Below are positions 1 through 9,190 of a DNA stretch of 64,000 nucleotides, piece after piece (the stretch's first letter is position 1; each line of letters begins with the position of its first letter). This DNA comes from a bacterium (GTDB lineage: Bacteria; Patescibacteriota; Minisyncoccia; Phycocordibacterales; JAUSHB01): contig JAUSHB010000013.1 of the NCBI GenBank assembly GCA_030648955.1, forward strand, positions 76,675-140,674, in the 5' to 3' direction. Position numbers and translations under genes: made by a program. The notes beneath the pieces were generated by a model. It worked only from the letters and a program-made list of their open reading frames with translations. It searched no databases and had not been told where the DNA came from.

Positions 1-19
1 TACTCCTCAAAGCATTTGC

Positions 20-85
20 CTGCGCGCCGCCTGATCGCGAGCCTGTCTGCCGTGACTTCGGCACAGGCAGGCGCCATGGCTTAGG
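20..85. repeat. GC-rich palindromic element (family member A)
   Basis: GCCTGTCTGCCG-TGACTTC-GGCACAGGCAGGC hairpin within a ~70%-GC island upstream of yidD. Confidence 0.5.
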
Positions 86-147
86 TAGGCGGATTATTTA
101 GAACACAACACACATCTCTTGTGTAATTGTGTTTATGAAAACACAAA

Positions 148-387
148 ATGAAGAGCGCACTCATTGCAATCATTAAGTTCTATCAAAAAACAATTTCCCC
201 CGATCAAGGATTTTTGCGTCGGATACAGGTCACGAGAACAGGAACATGTGTTTTTTACCCAACATGTTCGCAGTACACCATAGAAGCAATCGACAAATAT
301 GGAGTTTTGAGGGGGACCATTATGGGCGTGCGAAGAGTGCTTTGTTGTCATCCTTGGCAGAAAAATAACATAGACCCTCTTGTGTAA
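148..387 (+). CDS. yidD: Membrane protein insertion efficiency factor YidD
   Basis: 79-aa ORF with the conserved CVFYPTCSQY motif (C-x-F-x-P-T-C-S-x-Y), directly upstream of yidC as in the canonical rnpA-yidD-yidC-jag arrangement. Confidence 0.85.
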   Translation: MKSALIAIIKFYQKTISPDQGFLRRIQVTRTGTCVFYPTCSQYTIEAIDKYGVLRGTIMGVRRVLCCHPWQKNNIDPLV

Positions 388-532
388 CCGGCTTTACCCC
401 AACACCCATGGTGGTGTTAGGGCAAAATTTCGTCGCATTCAAATTTCTTAAAAAAATTTTAGTAGGAGTAAGGGACACCACTATGGGTGTGGGGGTTTAC
501 AAGACGGTAGATAACGTACTAAAATACAAAGA

Positions 533-1294
533 ATGATCTCACAAACTTTTAACACAATCTTTTATCAACCACTGTATAATGGGTTGGTTTTTTTGATTTC
601 CCATGTTCCTGGTGCAGATGTGGGTATAGCGGTTGTGATCCTTACATTGCTTGTCAAAATCATTATTCTGCCTCTTTCTCACAAATCAGTCGCATCTCAG
701 GCAAAAATGAGAAGCATAGAGCCTGAAATAAAAAAAGTTAAAGAAAAACACAAAGACAAACAAGAGCAGGCGCGACAAGTCATGGACTTATATAAAAAGC
801 ACGGAGTAAATCCGTTCTCGGGGTGTTTTTTAATGCTGGTACAACTTCCCGTTATTTTTGCGCTCTATTGGGTGTTTTTTAAAGGACTTGCACACAACAT
901 AGACCAAAACTTACTATACTCTTTTGTTGCCGTTCCTGAGCAGATAAATATGCACTTTTTGGGGTTCATAGATATGGCCAAGAAAAACATATTCCTCGCG
1001 GCACTTGCAGGGATTTCTCAATATTTCCAAATGAAACTTTCCATGCCACCAATTCCTGTCGATATTGGTGAAAAAAAGAAAGGAGATATATCGTTTAAGG
1101 ATGAATTTGCCAAAAACATGAATGTGCAAATGAGATATATGTTGCCGGGGATTGTTTTCTTTGTCGCGTATTCCATTTCTTCAGCAGTTGCTCTTTATTG
1201 GCTCGTGAGCAACCTCTTCTCAATCGGCCACGAGCTTATTGTAAAAAGAAAAGCACTTCAAATTGTCCAGGAGGGAAAAGCAGTATCATTCTAA
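533..1294 (+). CDS. yidC: Membrane protein insertase YidC (short Oxa1-like form)
   Basis: 253 aa, multi-TM, typical N-terminus (FxxIFYQPLYNxLVFL) and the hydrophobic-charged pattern of short YidC/SpoIIIJ; lies between yidD and jag. Confidence 0.9.
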   Translation: MISQTFNTIFYQPLYNGLVFLISHVPGADVGIAVVILTLLVKIIILPLSHKSVASQAKMRSIEPEIKKVKEKHKDKQEQARQVMDLYKKHGVNPFSGCFLMLVQLPVIFALYWVFFKGLAHNIDQNLLYSFVAVPEQINMHFLGFIDMAKKNIFLAALAGISQYFQMKLSMPPIPVDIGEKKKGDISFKDEFAKNMNVQMRYMLPGIVFFVAYSISSAVALYWLVSNLFSIGHELIVKRKALQIVQEGKAVSF

Positions 1295-1387
1295 CGGAAT
1301 AATTTTTCTCAAATTACAGGGTTAGTTACATCTCAATTTCTCACACCTACAGCACTCGTGGGAATCCTCTGGTGTTTGTTTTCCCTT

Positions 1388-1420
1388 CCTACCACCTGCC
1401 TACCAACAGGCGGGCGGTAG
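1388..1420. repeat. GC-rich palindromic element (family member B), yidC-jag spacer
   Basis: CTACCACCTGCC-TACCAACA-GGCGGGCGGTAG hairpin (11 of 12 positions paired). Confidence 0.5.
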
Positions 1421-1582
1421 ACAGTTACTGCGGGACTGACCCATAGAAGTTGTTGTGGTTTTATCGCCAAATCACACTACATGTTTCTTCGGGGGTGCTT
1501 TCGCGAAATTTGGGCAATGGTTATGATTACAACTTCTGATGGGGTTGATAAAGACGCTTCTCACTGATATATTACACAGTGC

Positions 1583-2116
1583 ATGGACACCGAAGCTATA
1601 AAAAAAACCATCGAAGAAATGCTCTCTCTACTCGATGTATCATACGAGTTGACTGTTGTGAATGATGAAACTACAGGGACGGTTTGTTTTCAGATAAAAA
1701 CGGGAGACCCCCAGATTCTTATCGGGCGCGATGGGATGCATCTTGCGGCGTTAAGTCACGTCATAAAAAGAATTTCAGATAAGGCAACCCTGCCTGCGCC
1801 TGCCTGTGCGTATCCGCACGCAGACAGGCCGGGCGTAGCACTGCAGGCAGGCACCAACAGAAAAGAGCAAACCTCCTTCGTGATTGATGTAAACAATTAT
1901 CAAGGGAAAAAAACCGAAGAACTTAAAAGTATGGCTTCAATGCTTGCAGAGCGAGCACGATATTTTAAAAGTGACGTAGAAATGAACCCCATGTCTCCTT
2001 ATGAACGCATGATCATTCACTCTATTTTCTCCAATGTAAAAGATATTAAAACAGAGTCAGTGGGTGAAGGCAGGGGGCGGCACGTAGTAATTAAATATAT
2101 TGCCATTGAGGAATAA
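1583..2116 (+). CDS. jag: Jag/KhpB RNA-binding protein (Jag_N + KH + R3H); carries an in-frame GC-rich insertion
   Basis: Jag_N-like N-terminus, KH-like core (ILIGRDGMHLAALSHVIKR), C-terminal R3H-like segment (ERMIIHSIFSNVKDIKTESVGEGRGRHVVIKY); conserved position after yidC; nt ~1786-1852 is a 70%-GC palindromic insert encoding an A/P/G-rich linker. Confidence 0.8.
   Translation: MDTEAIKKTIEEMLSLLDVSYELTVVNDETTGTVCFQIKTGDPQILIGRDGMHLAALSHVIKRISDKATLPAPACAYPHADRPGVALQAGTNRKEQTSFVIDVNNYQGKKTEELKSMASMLAERARYFKSDVEMNPMSPYERMIIHSIFSNVKDIKTESVGEGRGRHVVIKYIAIEE
1786..1852. repeat. GC-rich palindromic element (family member C) inserted in-frame inside jag
   Basis: CCTGCCTGCGCCTGCCTGTGCGTATCCGCACGCAGACAGGCCGGGCGTAGCACTGCAGGCAGGC; nested inverted repeats (GTGCG-TATC-CGCAC; GCCTGCCTG...CAGGCAGGC). 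Confidence 0.55.
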
Positions 2117-2120
2117 GATA

Positions 2121-2202
2121 AAGCTTCACCAGCTTCCTAGCTTCAAGAGCTTGAAGGGAGCAACCTTAAAAGCTAACGAAGCTTAAGAAGCTACTGAAGC
2201 TC
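2121..2202. repeat. GAAGCT repeat hairpin: (AGCTTCNNN)x3-4 ... (NNNGAAGCT)x3 between convergent jag and the 2191-3495 gene
   Basis: AAGCTTCACCAGCTTCCTAGCTTCAAGAGCTTGAAGG...AAAGCTAACGAAGCTTAAGAAGCTACTGAAGCT read directly. Confidence 0.6.
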
Positions 2203-3495
2203 AGATCCTACTAACTTGAGACTCCATGGCGCGGAGTCTTTTTTATTGACGAACAAAAGAAATAATTCATCGGGGCTTAAAGAGAGTTTGGTCACATCAA
2301 TTGATTCACCGGCAACTTTTGTAGGATTAACAAGAATTGTCGTGATTCCCGTTGCGGTGTCGATCATCCACATATCATCGGAGAACGATACAACTCCTTG
2401 GTACCAAAGGTCAGGTAAACTTCCAGAAGGAGGTGTTTGCGGGACACCGCAATATAAAATTCCTTTTTTGTGCTTACTCCACACACATTTGTCAGGAAGT
2501 GTAGTAAGTGAAAGTTTAGTTTTCGTATCTTTTGTTACATTGTATACAAAAAGATTGATACCATTGTTGCTACTTTCCGAATAGAGAACTTCTTTTCCGT
2601 CCGGACTGGTAAGCGTGGTAAGGCCATTGATTCCCCCAAGAGCCTTGGATGTCTTTCCGGTTTGAGCATCAAGGAAGTACATATACCCAGGAACTTTTTG
2701 TGACGGCTTGGTGGTGAGTGTGATAAGCTTGTCGTTTGGCCAAAAGGATAACCATTCTTTAAGCGGGGAATCTAAAAGTTGCACCTGCTTTTTGCCATCA
2801 AATCCCACCGTGATTCCTACCGAAGAATCACCCGAAGGAAGAATGTAAAACATTCGGTCACCTTTTTCTTGTGATATAGCAACGTCACTAATCTTTTCTG
2901 GCAAAAATACACCATCAGATTCAACACGCTTCCCCTCTTCTGTTGTTGTGGCATTTTTTATATCACGTAGCACCATCGAATATGTTTGTACCGTGTCGTT
3001 ATTATCACCATTTAAATATCTAATTACTACCCCATTCCCTGAATTACCCCATAATGCCTCATAAATTTTTAGACGAGTCTCGTTTGAAATTCGCGTTTCT
3101 TTAAGGTCGAACATATTGGTTTCATAAATATGACCAAGACCGCGTTCTATGTAACGCACCACAACGTCTTGCGTTGTGGTGCCGACTATTTTTTTTGTAA
3201 ACGCGTAAACGCCTGCAACAGGGGAGTTGTGAAGTTTGTGTAGCAATGATATTTCCTGGTTACCTTCGCCAACGATTATTCCCCCACTTGCTTCTGGATT
3301 ATTTATAGGAACAACGGTGCGATTTTCTGCACCATTTCCGAATGGAAGAAACGTCCTTATCTTTTCTCCCATTACACCTCCACCATTACCACCGTACACA
3401 ACCCAACCCAATATACTGATTGCAACAACAACGATTGCAACAATCGCGATAATAATTATTTTTTTTGTTTTGTTATTAGTAGTTTCCATAGTCAA
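2191..3495 (-). CDS. Membrane-anchored protein with beta-propeller-like ectodomain (T4SS-like cluster member)
   Basis: 434-aa ORF; N-terminal TM anchor (IIIIAIVAIVVVAISILGWVV), long beta-rich ectodomain; last gene of the minus-strand T4SS-like gene string. Confidence 0.6.
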   Translation of the reverse strand: MTMETTNNKTKKIIIIAIVAIVVVAISILGWVVYGGNGGGVMGEKIRTFLPFGNGAENRTVVPINNPEASGGIIVGEGNQEISLLHKLHNSPVAGVYAFTKKIVGTTTQDVVVRYIERGLGHIYETNMFDLKETRISNETRLKIYEALWGNSGNGVVIRYLNGDNNDTVQTYSMVLRDIKNATTTEEGKRVESDGVFLPEKISDVAISQEKGDRMFYILPSGDSSVGITVGFDGKKQVQLLDSPLKEWLSFWPNDKLITLTTKPSQKVPGYMYFLDAQTGKTSKALGGINGLTTLTSPDGKEVLYSESSNNGINLFVYNVTKDTKTKLSLTTLPDKCVWSKHKKGILYCGVPQTPPSGSLPDLWYQGVVSFSDDMWMIDTATGITTILVNPTKVAGESIDVTKLSLSPDELFLLFVNKKDSAPWSLKLVGSELQ

Positions 3496-3512
3496 TCTTT
3501 TTATGTCTCTTG

Positions 3513-3878
3513 TTAAACGAGACTTGGGTTAATGGTGTTGAGAATAAGCCACGAAAGAAGCGCAAGAAGAAGACCCATAATGGCATTAGTAATTTTGTCT
3601 TTCGCGTCACTTTTCCCCGAGGGTGACATGCCACTCCCTATGTATTGTATCCCGCCAATGACAATCATAAGCACCGCGAGTACCCCAGCAAGCCCAATAC
3701 CAGTTAGAAATACCGCACGCAAATAGGTGGACAGAGTCGGAGCACTACCTGCAGCAACGCCGGGAATTGATTCCAGGAGAGCATATGCAGAAACAATGCG
3801 TGCGCCAAATAGAAAGAGAAACGCACTCAAAAAACCAACAGATTTTTTTAGTATATTTTTTTGCTTAGTAAGATTCAT
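3513..3878 (-). CDS. VirB2/TrbC-like pilin-type small membrane protein
   Basis: 121 aa, N-terminal signal/TM, then a hydrophobic core (IQYIGSGMSPSGKSDAKDKITNAIMGLLLALLSWLILN) resembling TrbC/VirB2 pilins; co-located with VirB4/VirB6. Confidence 0.5.
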   Translation of the reverse strand: MNLTKQKNILKKSVGFLSAFLFLFGARIVSAYALLESIPGVAAGSAPTLSTYLRAVFLTGIGLAGVLAVLMIVIGGIQYIGSGMSPSGKSDAKDKITNAIMGLLLALLSWLILNTINPSLV

Positions 3879-3893
3879 AATACAGGAGAAGTG

Positions 3894-5069
3894 TTAAAAT
3901 AAAGATTCGGTTTTACTGTAGCGCATCATAAACGAGCGTGATGCGTTCTCAAAAATATTTTCTGAATTTTTTACTGAAAGATTAATCCTCGAAGAACCTT
4001 CTGATGGAGATTCTTTGCGAAGTATAATTGAAGATCCAGATTCATTGGCAATACTTTTTCCGTTCTGTGCCCATTGGTAGACAAGTTTTCCGGTATTTTT
4101 ATGTGTTTGTGAAAAAAAGAACGGTTCTCCTCGGAGTGCAATCTCATCATTTAAAAGAACGACTTCTTGGAGTAATGCATGATCGTACATAACGCCCAAA
4201 AGAGGGTTGTCTTCATAAAATTGCACTAAGGGTGAAAACGCTTTTATATAAAATCTCTTTTTTGAGCGAAGCGTATTGTTAAGACTCGAAACGTCCACGT
4301 CTATGGGGCGTTCAAAACCAATCCCATCTGGAGCTGGTGTATAGGCGTAAGATTTTCCATATCCCTGGTTAAGGATGGTTCCGTTTTGTGCTCGCCAAAT
4401 ATACACCAAGTTTTTTTCAGAAACAGTGTTCTTGTTGGTGTCAATAAAATTAGGCAAGGCCACAATTTTTATTTCGCTCTTGGGTGAAGGGAGTGCTTTT
4501 CCTCGATAAAACGGAGGAGTATAGGAAGAGGTTTCCCAATGCATCTCTAGTTCTATTGGTGTGACGGACACATTTTTTGATATAAAAAGACCTTCGTGCG
4601 TGCTTATGCTGATCGCGAGAGTGGTTCTGACTCCGGCGTTTTTTGTTCGAATTGTTTGTTTTATAACACCAAAGCCCGTTGCCAACGTTTTACCTCCTGA
4701 TTCCCATGTTATTTTTGCGCGCTGAAGGTCTGTTTGATAGCTGATAATCTCCACCGTGACATCTTCATTAGGACCAGGATATTCAGGCGTTATTTTTACT
4801 TCCACAGACTGAGATATTTGCGCATTAACAAGCTTTTTTTGCAGAAGAGCAATCTCTTCCTCGGTCGCACCGCGCACAATTGCTTCTTGGATTTGTTTTA
4901 CAATACTAGAAAGCTCCGCATTTGTTGTTTGCGCAGAACTCGCCCAAGGAACTGCAAGAAAAAACGTAATCAAAAATATCAAACCACCATATAGGGCGAC
5001 TCGCGCTGATACCATTTTCGTACCCGATATTCCAAAAAATCTCATCAACTTAATTATATTAGAAAACAA
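3894..5069 (-). CDS. Secreted hypothetical protein (T4SS-like cluster)
   Basis: 391-aa ORF with N-terminal signal/TM (LIFLITFFLAVPWASSA); coding-like composition, no recognisable domain. Confidence 0.6.
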   Translation of the reverse strand: MFSNIIKLMRFFGISGTKMVSARVALYGGLIFLITFFLAVPWASSAQTTNAELSSIVKQIQEAIVRGATEEEIALLQKKLVNAQISQSVEVKITPEYPGPNEDVTVEIISYQTDLQRAKITWESGGKTLATGFGVIKQTIRTKNAGVRTTLAISISTHEGLFISKNVSVTPIELEMHWETSSYTPPFYRGKALPSPKSEIKIVALPNFIDTNKNTVSEKNLVYIWRAQNGTILNQGYGKSYAYTPAPDGIGFERPIDVDVSSLNNTLRSKKRFYIKAFSPLVQFYEDNPLLGVMYDHALLQEVVLLNDEIALRGEPFFFSQTHKNTGKLVYQWAQNGKSIANESGSSIILRKESPSEGSSRINLSVKNSENIFENASRSFMMRYSKTESLF

Positions 5070-5106
5070 GTATTTATACCAACTATTCTGTGAACAACGG
5101 AAACCC

Positions 5107-6918
5107 CTATATTTTCCCTTCAGCGAATTTTAGGTCCTGTTTCGCTTTCTTGATCGCAAGGATTTGAGACGGGTCGGATGTAATGATCTGGTCTTCGGTG
5201 TAGGAAGCGATGATTTTGAGGGCTACACGCTTGAGTCCAGCGATAAATATGCCTTCTCCCACATCTGACTCAAGAAGGAGGTATTTTTCTTCCTCGGTCA
5301 AATTGAACGCTTTCTGGAGCGCGTCAATGGCTGTAGGTGATTGTTTGAGGAGAAGCTGAATCGATGAGTTGGTCATAATTGCCAAACCATATGGAGAGCG
5401 AAGGAAGTCCCCCACGTCCTGCGTGATGGTAGCAACCCCTAAATAGTACTTCCTTCCTCGTTTTACAAGACCAAAGAGAAATGACGCCGTGTCCTCCGAC
5501 TTCATCATCCACCACGCCTCATCGACAACCAAAAGCCTCTTGCGGAGGTTTTTACGGATAGAATTCCAGATGTGGTGGGTGATAATGTACATCGCCACAG
5601 GCTTCAATTCGTCTTCCATGTCTCGTACCGAAAACACAATGAATTTTTTATTGATATCTACGTTGGTAGGTTTATTAAGAAAACCCGACCACGTTCCCCG
5701 GGTATATTTGCTTAATTTTTGAACAAGCGATTCAGCACCTTTCATTCCAGAGAGAACCATTTCGAAGTCAGAAAGAAGCGGCGGTTCAATAGAACCGAAA
5801 TCGGAATCGGCGGTGATATCTTTGAGTGCGTATGTTTCTGTAATCGCGCGATCTACAATCGCATCTTCCTCGGGAGTTAGTCCTCCCAACATGATTCTGA
5901 AAAGTCCAACGAGGGTGATGATATTGGAACGTAATATGTCTGCAGGAGATTCATCCTCACGTGGAATCGGGAGATCAAATGGATTAATGGTGTGTTCCGA
6001 GGTGAGCGAAATATTAAAATATCGACCGCCTGTTGCCTCGGCGAGGAATTCATACTCCCGTTCCGGGTCTATTACAATAACATCGGCATCAAACATGAGA
6101 CTACGCAGTATCTCAAGTTTGGTCGCGTAAGATTTTCCTGAACCAGATTTTGCAAAAGTAACAGAGTTGTAGTTTTCAAGAGAAAATCTATCAAAGAGAA
6201 CGAGTGATGAATTGTGGCGATTGATGCCATACAATATTCCTCGATCGGAGGTGAGGTCAAATGAAACAAATGGAAATAAGCTTGAAAGCGGGGCAGAGTT
6301 TAATTTTGAGTGTACATTCAACTCGTCTTTGTTGATGGGGATTGTGCTGGTGAACCCTTCTTCCTGTTGAAACAATGCCGGGCGCACATAAATAAGACGG
6401 GATTCAAGAATAGAACGTACTTCCGATGCCGCCTTTTTGAGGTCATCATCATCATCACCTTGTATGGTGATATAAATTCCTACATCAAAAATCTTTTCCT
6501 GCGCCTGCTGGAGCTTGTCGCGCAAGCTTTCCAGGTCTTGATATGCGGTATCAAGCATCGGATCTCTCACAAACCCTTTTTCTTCACGGATATTAATTTG
6601 ACTTTGCACCTCCGCGACCTTTTTTTGGAATTTTTTGAGTATTTTTGCGGTTTCGATGGGGTGAATAAATATAGAAATATCAAAAATCTTGTCGAGGTTG
6701 ATGATCGGCGAAAACCAATTGGTCGACAAAAGGCGCGGATACGAAACAATAAAATATGTCCGCATCACTTTTTCCCCAAGATTGATTTCTTGAGGTCCGA
6801 CCTTGAGCGCCGATGGCGCAATGATATCGCGAAGCTCAAGCTCCCCCGTCTCGTAGAGCTCCGGAGGGAGTATGGGCATCAAATCTTTGCTTTCTTTTTT
6901 CTTATCAAAAAAACCCAT
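5107..6918 (-). CDS. virB4: VirB4/TrbE/CagE-family type IV secretion ATPase
   Basis: 603 aa; Walker A (AKSGSGKSYATK), Walker B/VirB4 motif (RLLVVDEAWWMM), overall VirB4 C-terminal ATPase architecture. Confidence 0.85.
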   Translation of the reverse strand: MGFFDKKKESKDLMPILPPELYETGELELRDIIAPSALKVGPQEINLGEKVMRTYFIVSYPRLLSTNWFSPIINLDKIFDISIFIHPIETAKILKKFQKKVAEVQSQINIREEKGFVRDPMLDTAYQDLESLRDKLQQAQEKIFDVGIYITIQGDDDDDLKKAASEVRSILESRLIYVRPALFQQEEGFTSTIPINKDELNVHSKLNSAPLSSLFPFVSFDLTSDRGILYGINRHNSSLVLFDRFSLENYNSVTFAKSGSGKSYATKLEILRSLMFDADVIVIDPEREYEFLAEATGGRYFNISLTSEHTINPFDLPIPREDESPADILRSNIITLVGLFRIMLGGLTPEEDAIVDRAITETYALKDITADSDFGSIEPPLLSDFEMVLSGMKGAESLVQKLSKYTRGTWSGFLNKPTNVDINKKFIVFSVRDMEDELKPVAMYIITHHIWNSIRKNLRKRLLVVDEAWWMMKSEDTASFLFGLVKRGRKYYLGVATITQDVGDFLRSPYGLAIMTNSSIQLLLKQSPTAIDALQKAFNLTEEEKYLLLESDVGEGIFIAGLKRVALKIIASYTEDQIITSDPSQILAIKKAKQDLKFAEGKI

Positions 6919-6978
6919 AACGTAAGTTTAAAATGCAAATATCAAAATTGAAAGTTACAGTTTAAAATTAAAAAATAA

Positions 6979-7350
6979 TCACCTTTTTCCTTTCATGGTT
7001 AATATACTTGAAGCAATTACATTTGATATTTCAGCCATTTCTTTTAAAAGCCACGCAAGATCGCCAGGATTTCCTTTGCCAGTATCTCTTAATAAAGCAA
7101 GCCACACCTTGGATTCGTTTGCTGATTTCAGAGAATGGGTGAAAAAGTTTATAAAATCCTTTTTGGAACTTGCCGAATTCGCCTCAACATAATTTGCCAA
7201 AACGCTTGTGCCACTCCTTAACAATTGTTTACCCATAATATCACACACAGAGTCTTTTGGTAATTTGTCAATGAATTTTATGAGCCTCAATACAAAAACA
7301 TATAATCTTTTTTTGAACTCAACTTTAAATTTTGCATTGTCACTTTTCAC
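6979..7350 (-). CDS. Four-helix-bundle protein (TIGR02436-like, 23S rRNA intervening-sequence protein family)
   Basis: 123 aa; hallmark motifs LRSGTSVLANYVEANSA ... FINFFTHSLKSANESKVWL typical of the family. Confidence 0.7.
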   Translation of the reverse strand: MKSDNAKFKVEFKKRLYVFVLRLIKFIDKLPKDSVCDIMGKQLLRSGTSVLANYVEANSASSKKDFINFFTHSLKSANESKVWLALLRDTGKGNPGDLAWLLKEMAEISNVIASSILTMKGKR

Positions 7351-7413
7351 TTTGATTTTTCAACTTTTCATTCTCATCACCCTCTATGCTCTAGGATTTA
7401 CATTCTACGTTTC

Positions 7414-8079
7414 CTACTTCCCCTCTGCCTTCAATTTCTTATCCGTGTCTCCAGGGTTAAACATCTTGTAATAAAGTTCAATAAGCTCCTCTGTTCCCAA
7501 TGGAATCGCGCGAACACCCGTGCGGATAAGCCCTTGCTTCACCACATTCGCTCTTTGTTCGAGTTGTGAACGCGCTTCTTCGAAGTGGGCTATGTCATTT
7601 TCATTTTTTGTTCTCGTTGCGTCTTTATTTTTTTTCCCGCTAAAAAGTGAACCCAACATTCCACCCGAAGATGGATCGGATGCGATTGCTGCGGACGAAT
7701 AAGGCACAACCACAAAAAACGTTTTGGTCATAATATTGGTTGATTCGGTAAATGCGCGAATGAATGCGATGTATTCTTCAATCTGGATACGCATAAGATC
7801 ACTCAATTGATCTTTGAGGCGCGCTTCCAGTGTCGCCAGGTATGGCCGTATGTCGAGACGGCGAGATTGTATGAAAATTTGCGTGGAAAAATCAAGAGAG
7901 TTAAGAAAATTTTGAAACTGAAGCAAGATTGCCATTTGTTCATCCTCGGACTTCAATGCGAAATTGAGCGAAGACACCATTAATACCATTCGCATAGCGC
8001 CATCCTTAAGGATAACAACACCATCGCGGACTTCTTTGATGGGAACAAGATCTTGTGCTGGTTTTGATTTGACGGCCAT
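7414..8079 (-). CDS. Hypothetical soluble protein (T4SS-like cluster)
   Basis: 221-aa ORF, tightly packed within the cluster, no domain recognised. Confidence 0.6.
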   Translation of the reverse strand: MAVKSKPAQDLVPIKEVRDGVVILKDGAMRMVLMVSSLNFALKSEDEQMAILLQFQNFLNSLDFSTQIFIQSRRLDIRPYLATLEARLKDQLSDLMRIQIEEYIAFIRAFTESTNIMTKTFFVVVPYSSAAIASDPSSGGMLGSLFSGKKNKDATRTKNENDIAHFEEARSQLEQRANVVKQGLIRTGVRAIPLGTEELIELYYKMFNPGDTDKKLKAEGK

Positions 8080-8097
8080 TTTAATTTAGCTTCTTAG

Positions 8098-8256
8098 CTT
8101 CAATAGCTTCGCGAGCTTCTTGTAAGGGTTGGATTAATAAATCTTTTTATGGTGCAATTTTATACAGGGCACGGTCTTTCTGGTTCATTATAATATAGTT
8201 TCTCCTCAATTTGAAAGCTACTTGAAGCTATTGAAGCTTGGGAAGCTACTGAAGCT
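8098..8256. repeat. GAAGCT repeat element with split arms: (AGCTTCNNN)x4 at 8098-8129 and (NNNGAAGCT)x5 at 8213-8256 around an ~85-nt AT-rich core
   Basis: TAGCTTCTTAGCTTCAATAGCTTCGCGAGCTTC ... GAAAGCTACTTGAAGCTATTGAAGCTTGGGAAGCTACTGAAGCT, between two T4SS-cluster genes. Confidence 0.6.
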
Positions 8257-8277
8257 CTTAAATCGTCTCATCACGTT

Positions 8278-8739
8278 CTACATATCACGTCTTCCTGTTG
8301 TTGGCAGTTCGTGCTCGGTCACCGGCTCTTCTTTGTTTCCCGCAACATCAACGTTCCACGACAAGTTTTTAAGTTTTCCTTCGGTCACGGTAGGTATAGG
8401 CATTGAAAAACTAGAACTTTGCTGTACGGGAGGTTGTCCCGGGGTTATATTGGGGGGAACCTTTTTCCATGTGTAGAGGCGGGGGTGCATAAAATAACGC
8501 ACTCCCGATTGAAGTATCTCAATGAACGGCTTGCCGAATTTTTCACGTGGATAAAACGCAAGCGCAAGCGCAAATCCGACAACAATGGCAATTAAGGGCA
8601 ACGAAATATACAGAGGCATTTTTCTAAAGAGGATATAGGAAATCCCTCCTGCGCCGGCAAGATAGACGAATTGCTTGAGGGAGAGCGGACCCACAAGCTT
8701 GTCTTCCACTTCTATATATTGAGGTACTTGGAATTGCAC
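8278..8739 (-). CDS. PrgI-family (VirB3-like) small membrane protein
   Basis: 153 aa; N-terminus MQFQVPQYIEVEDKLVGPLSLKQFVYLAGAG matches the PrgI-family start (PkdIe.edKi.GplTlrQ), followed by two TM helices. Confidence 0.55.
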   Translation of the reverse strand: MQFQVPQYIEVEDKLVGPLSLKQFVYLAGAGGISYILFRKMPLYISLPLIAIVVGFALALAFYPREKFGKPFIEILQSGVRYFMHPRLYTWKKVPPNITPGQPPVQQSSSFSMPIPTVTEGKLKNLSWNVDVAGNKEEPVTEHELPTTGRRDM

Positions 8740-8794
8740 GTTAGTCTTGTAACTTATAACTTGTAACCTGTAACATACCAGTATTTTAGCACAC

Positions 8795-9157
8795 TTATTT
8801 AAGCTTTGAGAGTATTCCCCACAGCATGGCGCCGATTTCTTCAGCCAATGCTAAAAGCTCGTCATACTCTTTTTTATTTATATAACCGCGTTTAAAAGAG
8901 AAATAGATCAGATACTTGCTCTCCTTGAGAGAACCATATGATATTTCTAGGAAATTTTTTAAAACCGCAGGTCTCTGTCGAGCATACCCCTCAATGTAAT
9001 TTAGAGCTACAGACAATGCAGACCTTCTTAATTGTGAGGTTACTCCAAAAATTTCTTCTTTCGGAAATGATTGCGTGCAGTCATACACTCTATGAGCATA
9101 CCTATCTACAAGCACCCTCAATTCTTTATGAAAATTCCCGCCATTTTCTTTCATCAA
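8795..9157 (-). CDS. Four-helix-bundle protein (TIGR02436-like), second paralog
   Basis: 120 aa; QLRRSALSVALNYIEGYAR and ISYGSLKESKYL motifs of the family. Confidence 0.7.
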   Translation of the reverse strand: MMKENGGNFHKELRVLVDRYAHRVYDCTQSFPKEEIFGVTSQLRRSALSVALNYIEGYARQRPAVLKNFLEISYGSLKESKYLIYFSFKRGYINKKEYDELLALAEEIGAMLWGILSKLK

Positions 9158-9190
9158 GTTACAGGTTTTAGGTTGTGTGTTACAGGGTTG

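Noticed and set aside
1-147. Possible 3' end of rnpA upstream of yidD
   Set aside because: None of the three forward-frame translations of the first 147 nt resembles an RnpA C-terminus. The region is dominated by the GC-rich palindromic element instead.
2216-2584. 122-aa plus-strand ORF
   Set aside because: It overlaps the 434-aa minus-strand gene with no independent support.
6310-6951. 213-aa plus-strand ORF
   Set aside because: It is antisense to the well-supported VirB4 gene, so it is a shadow ORF.
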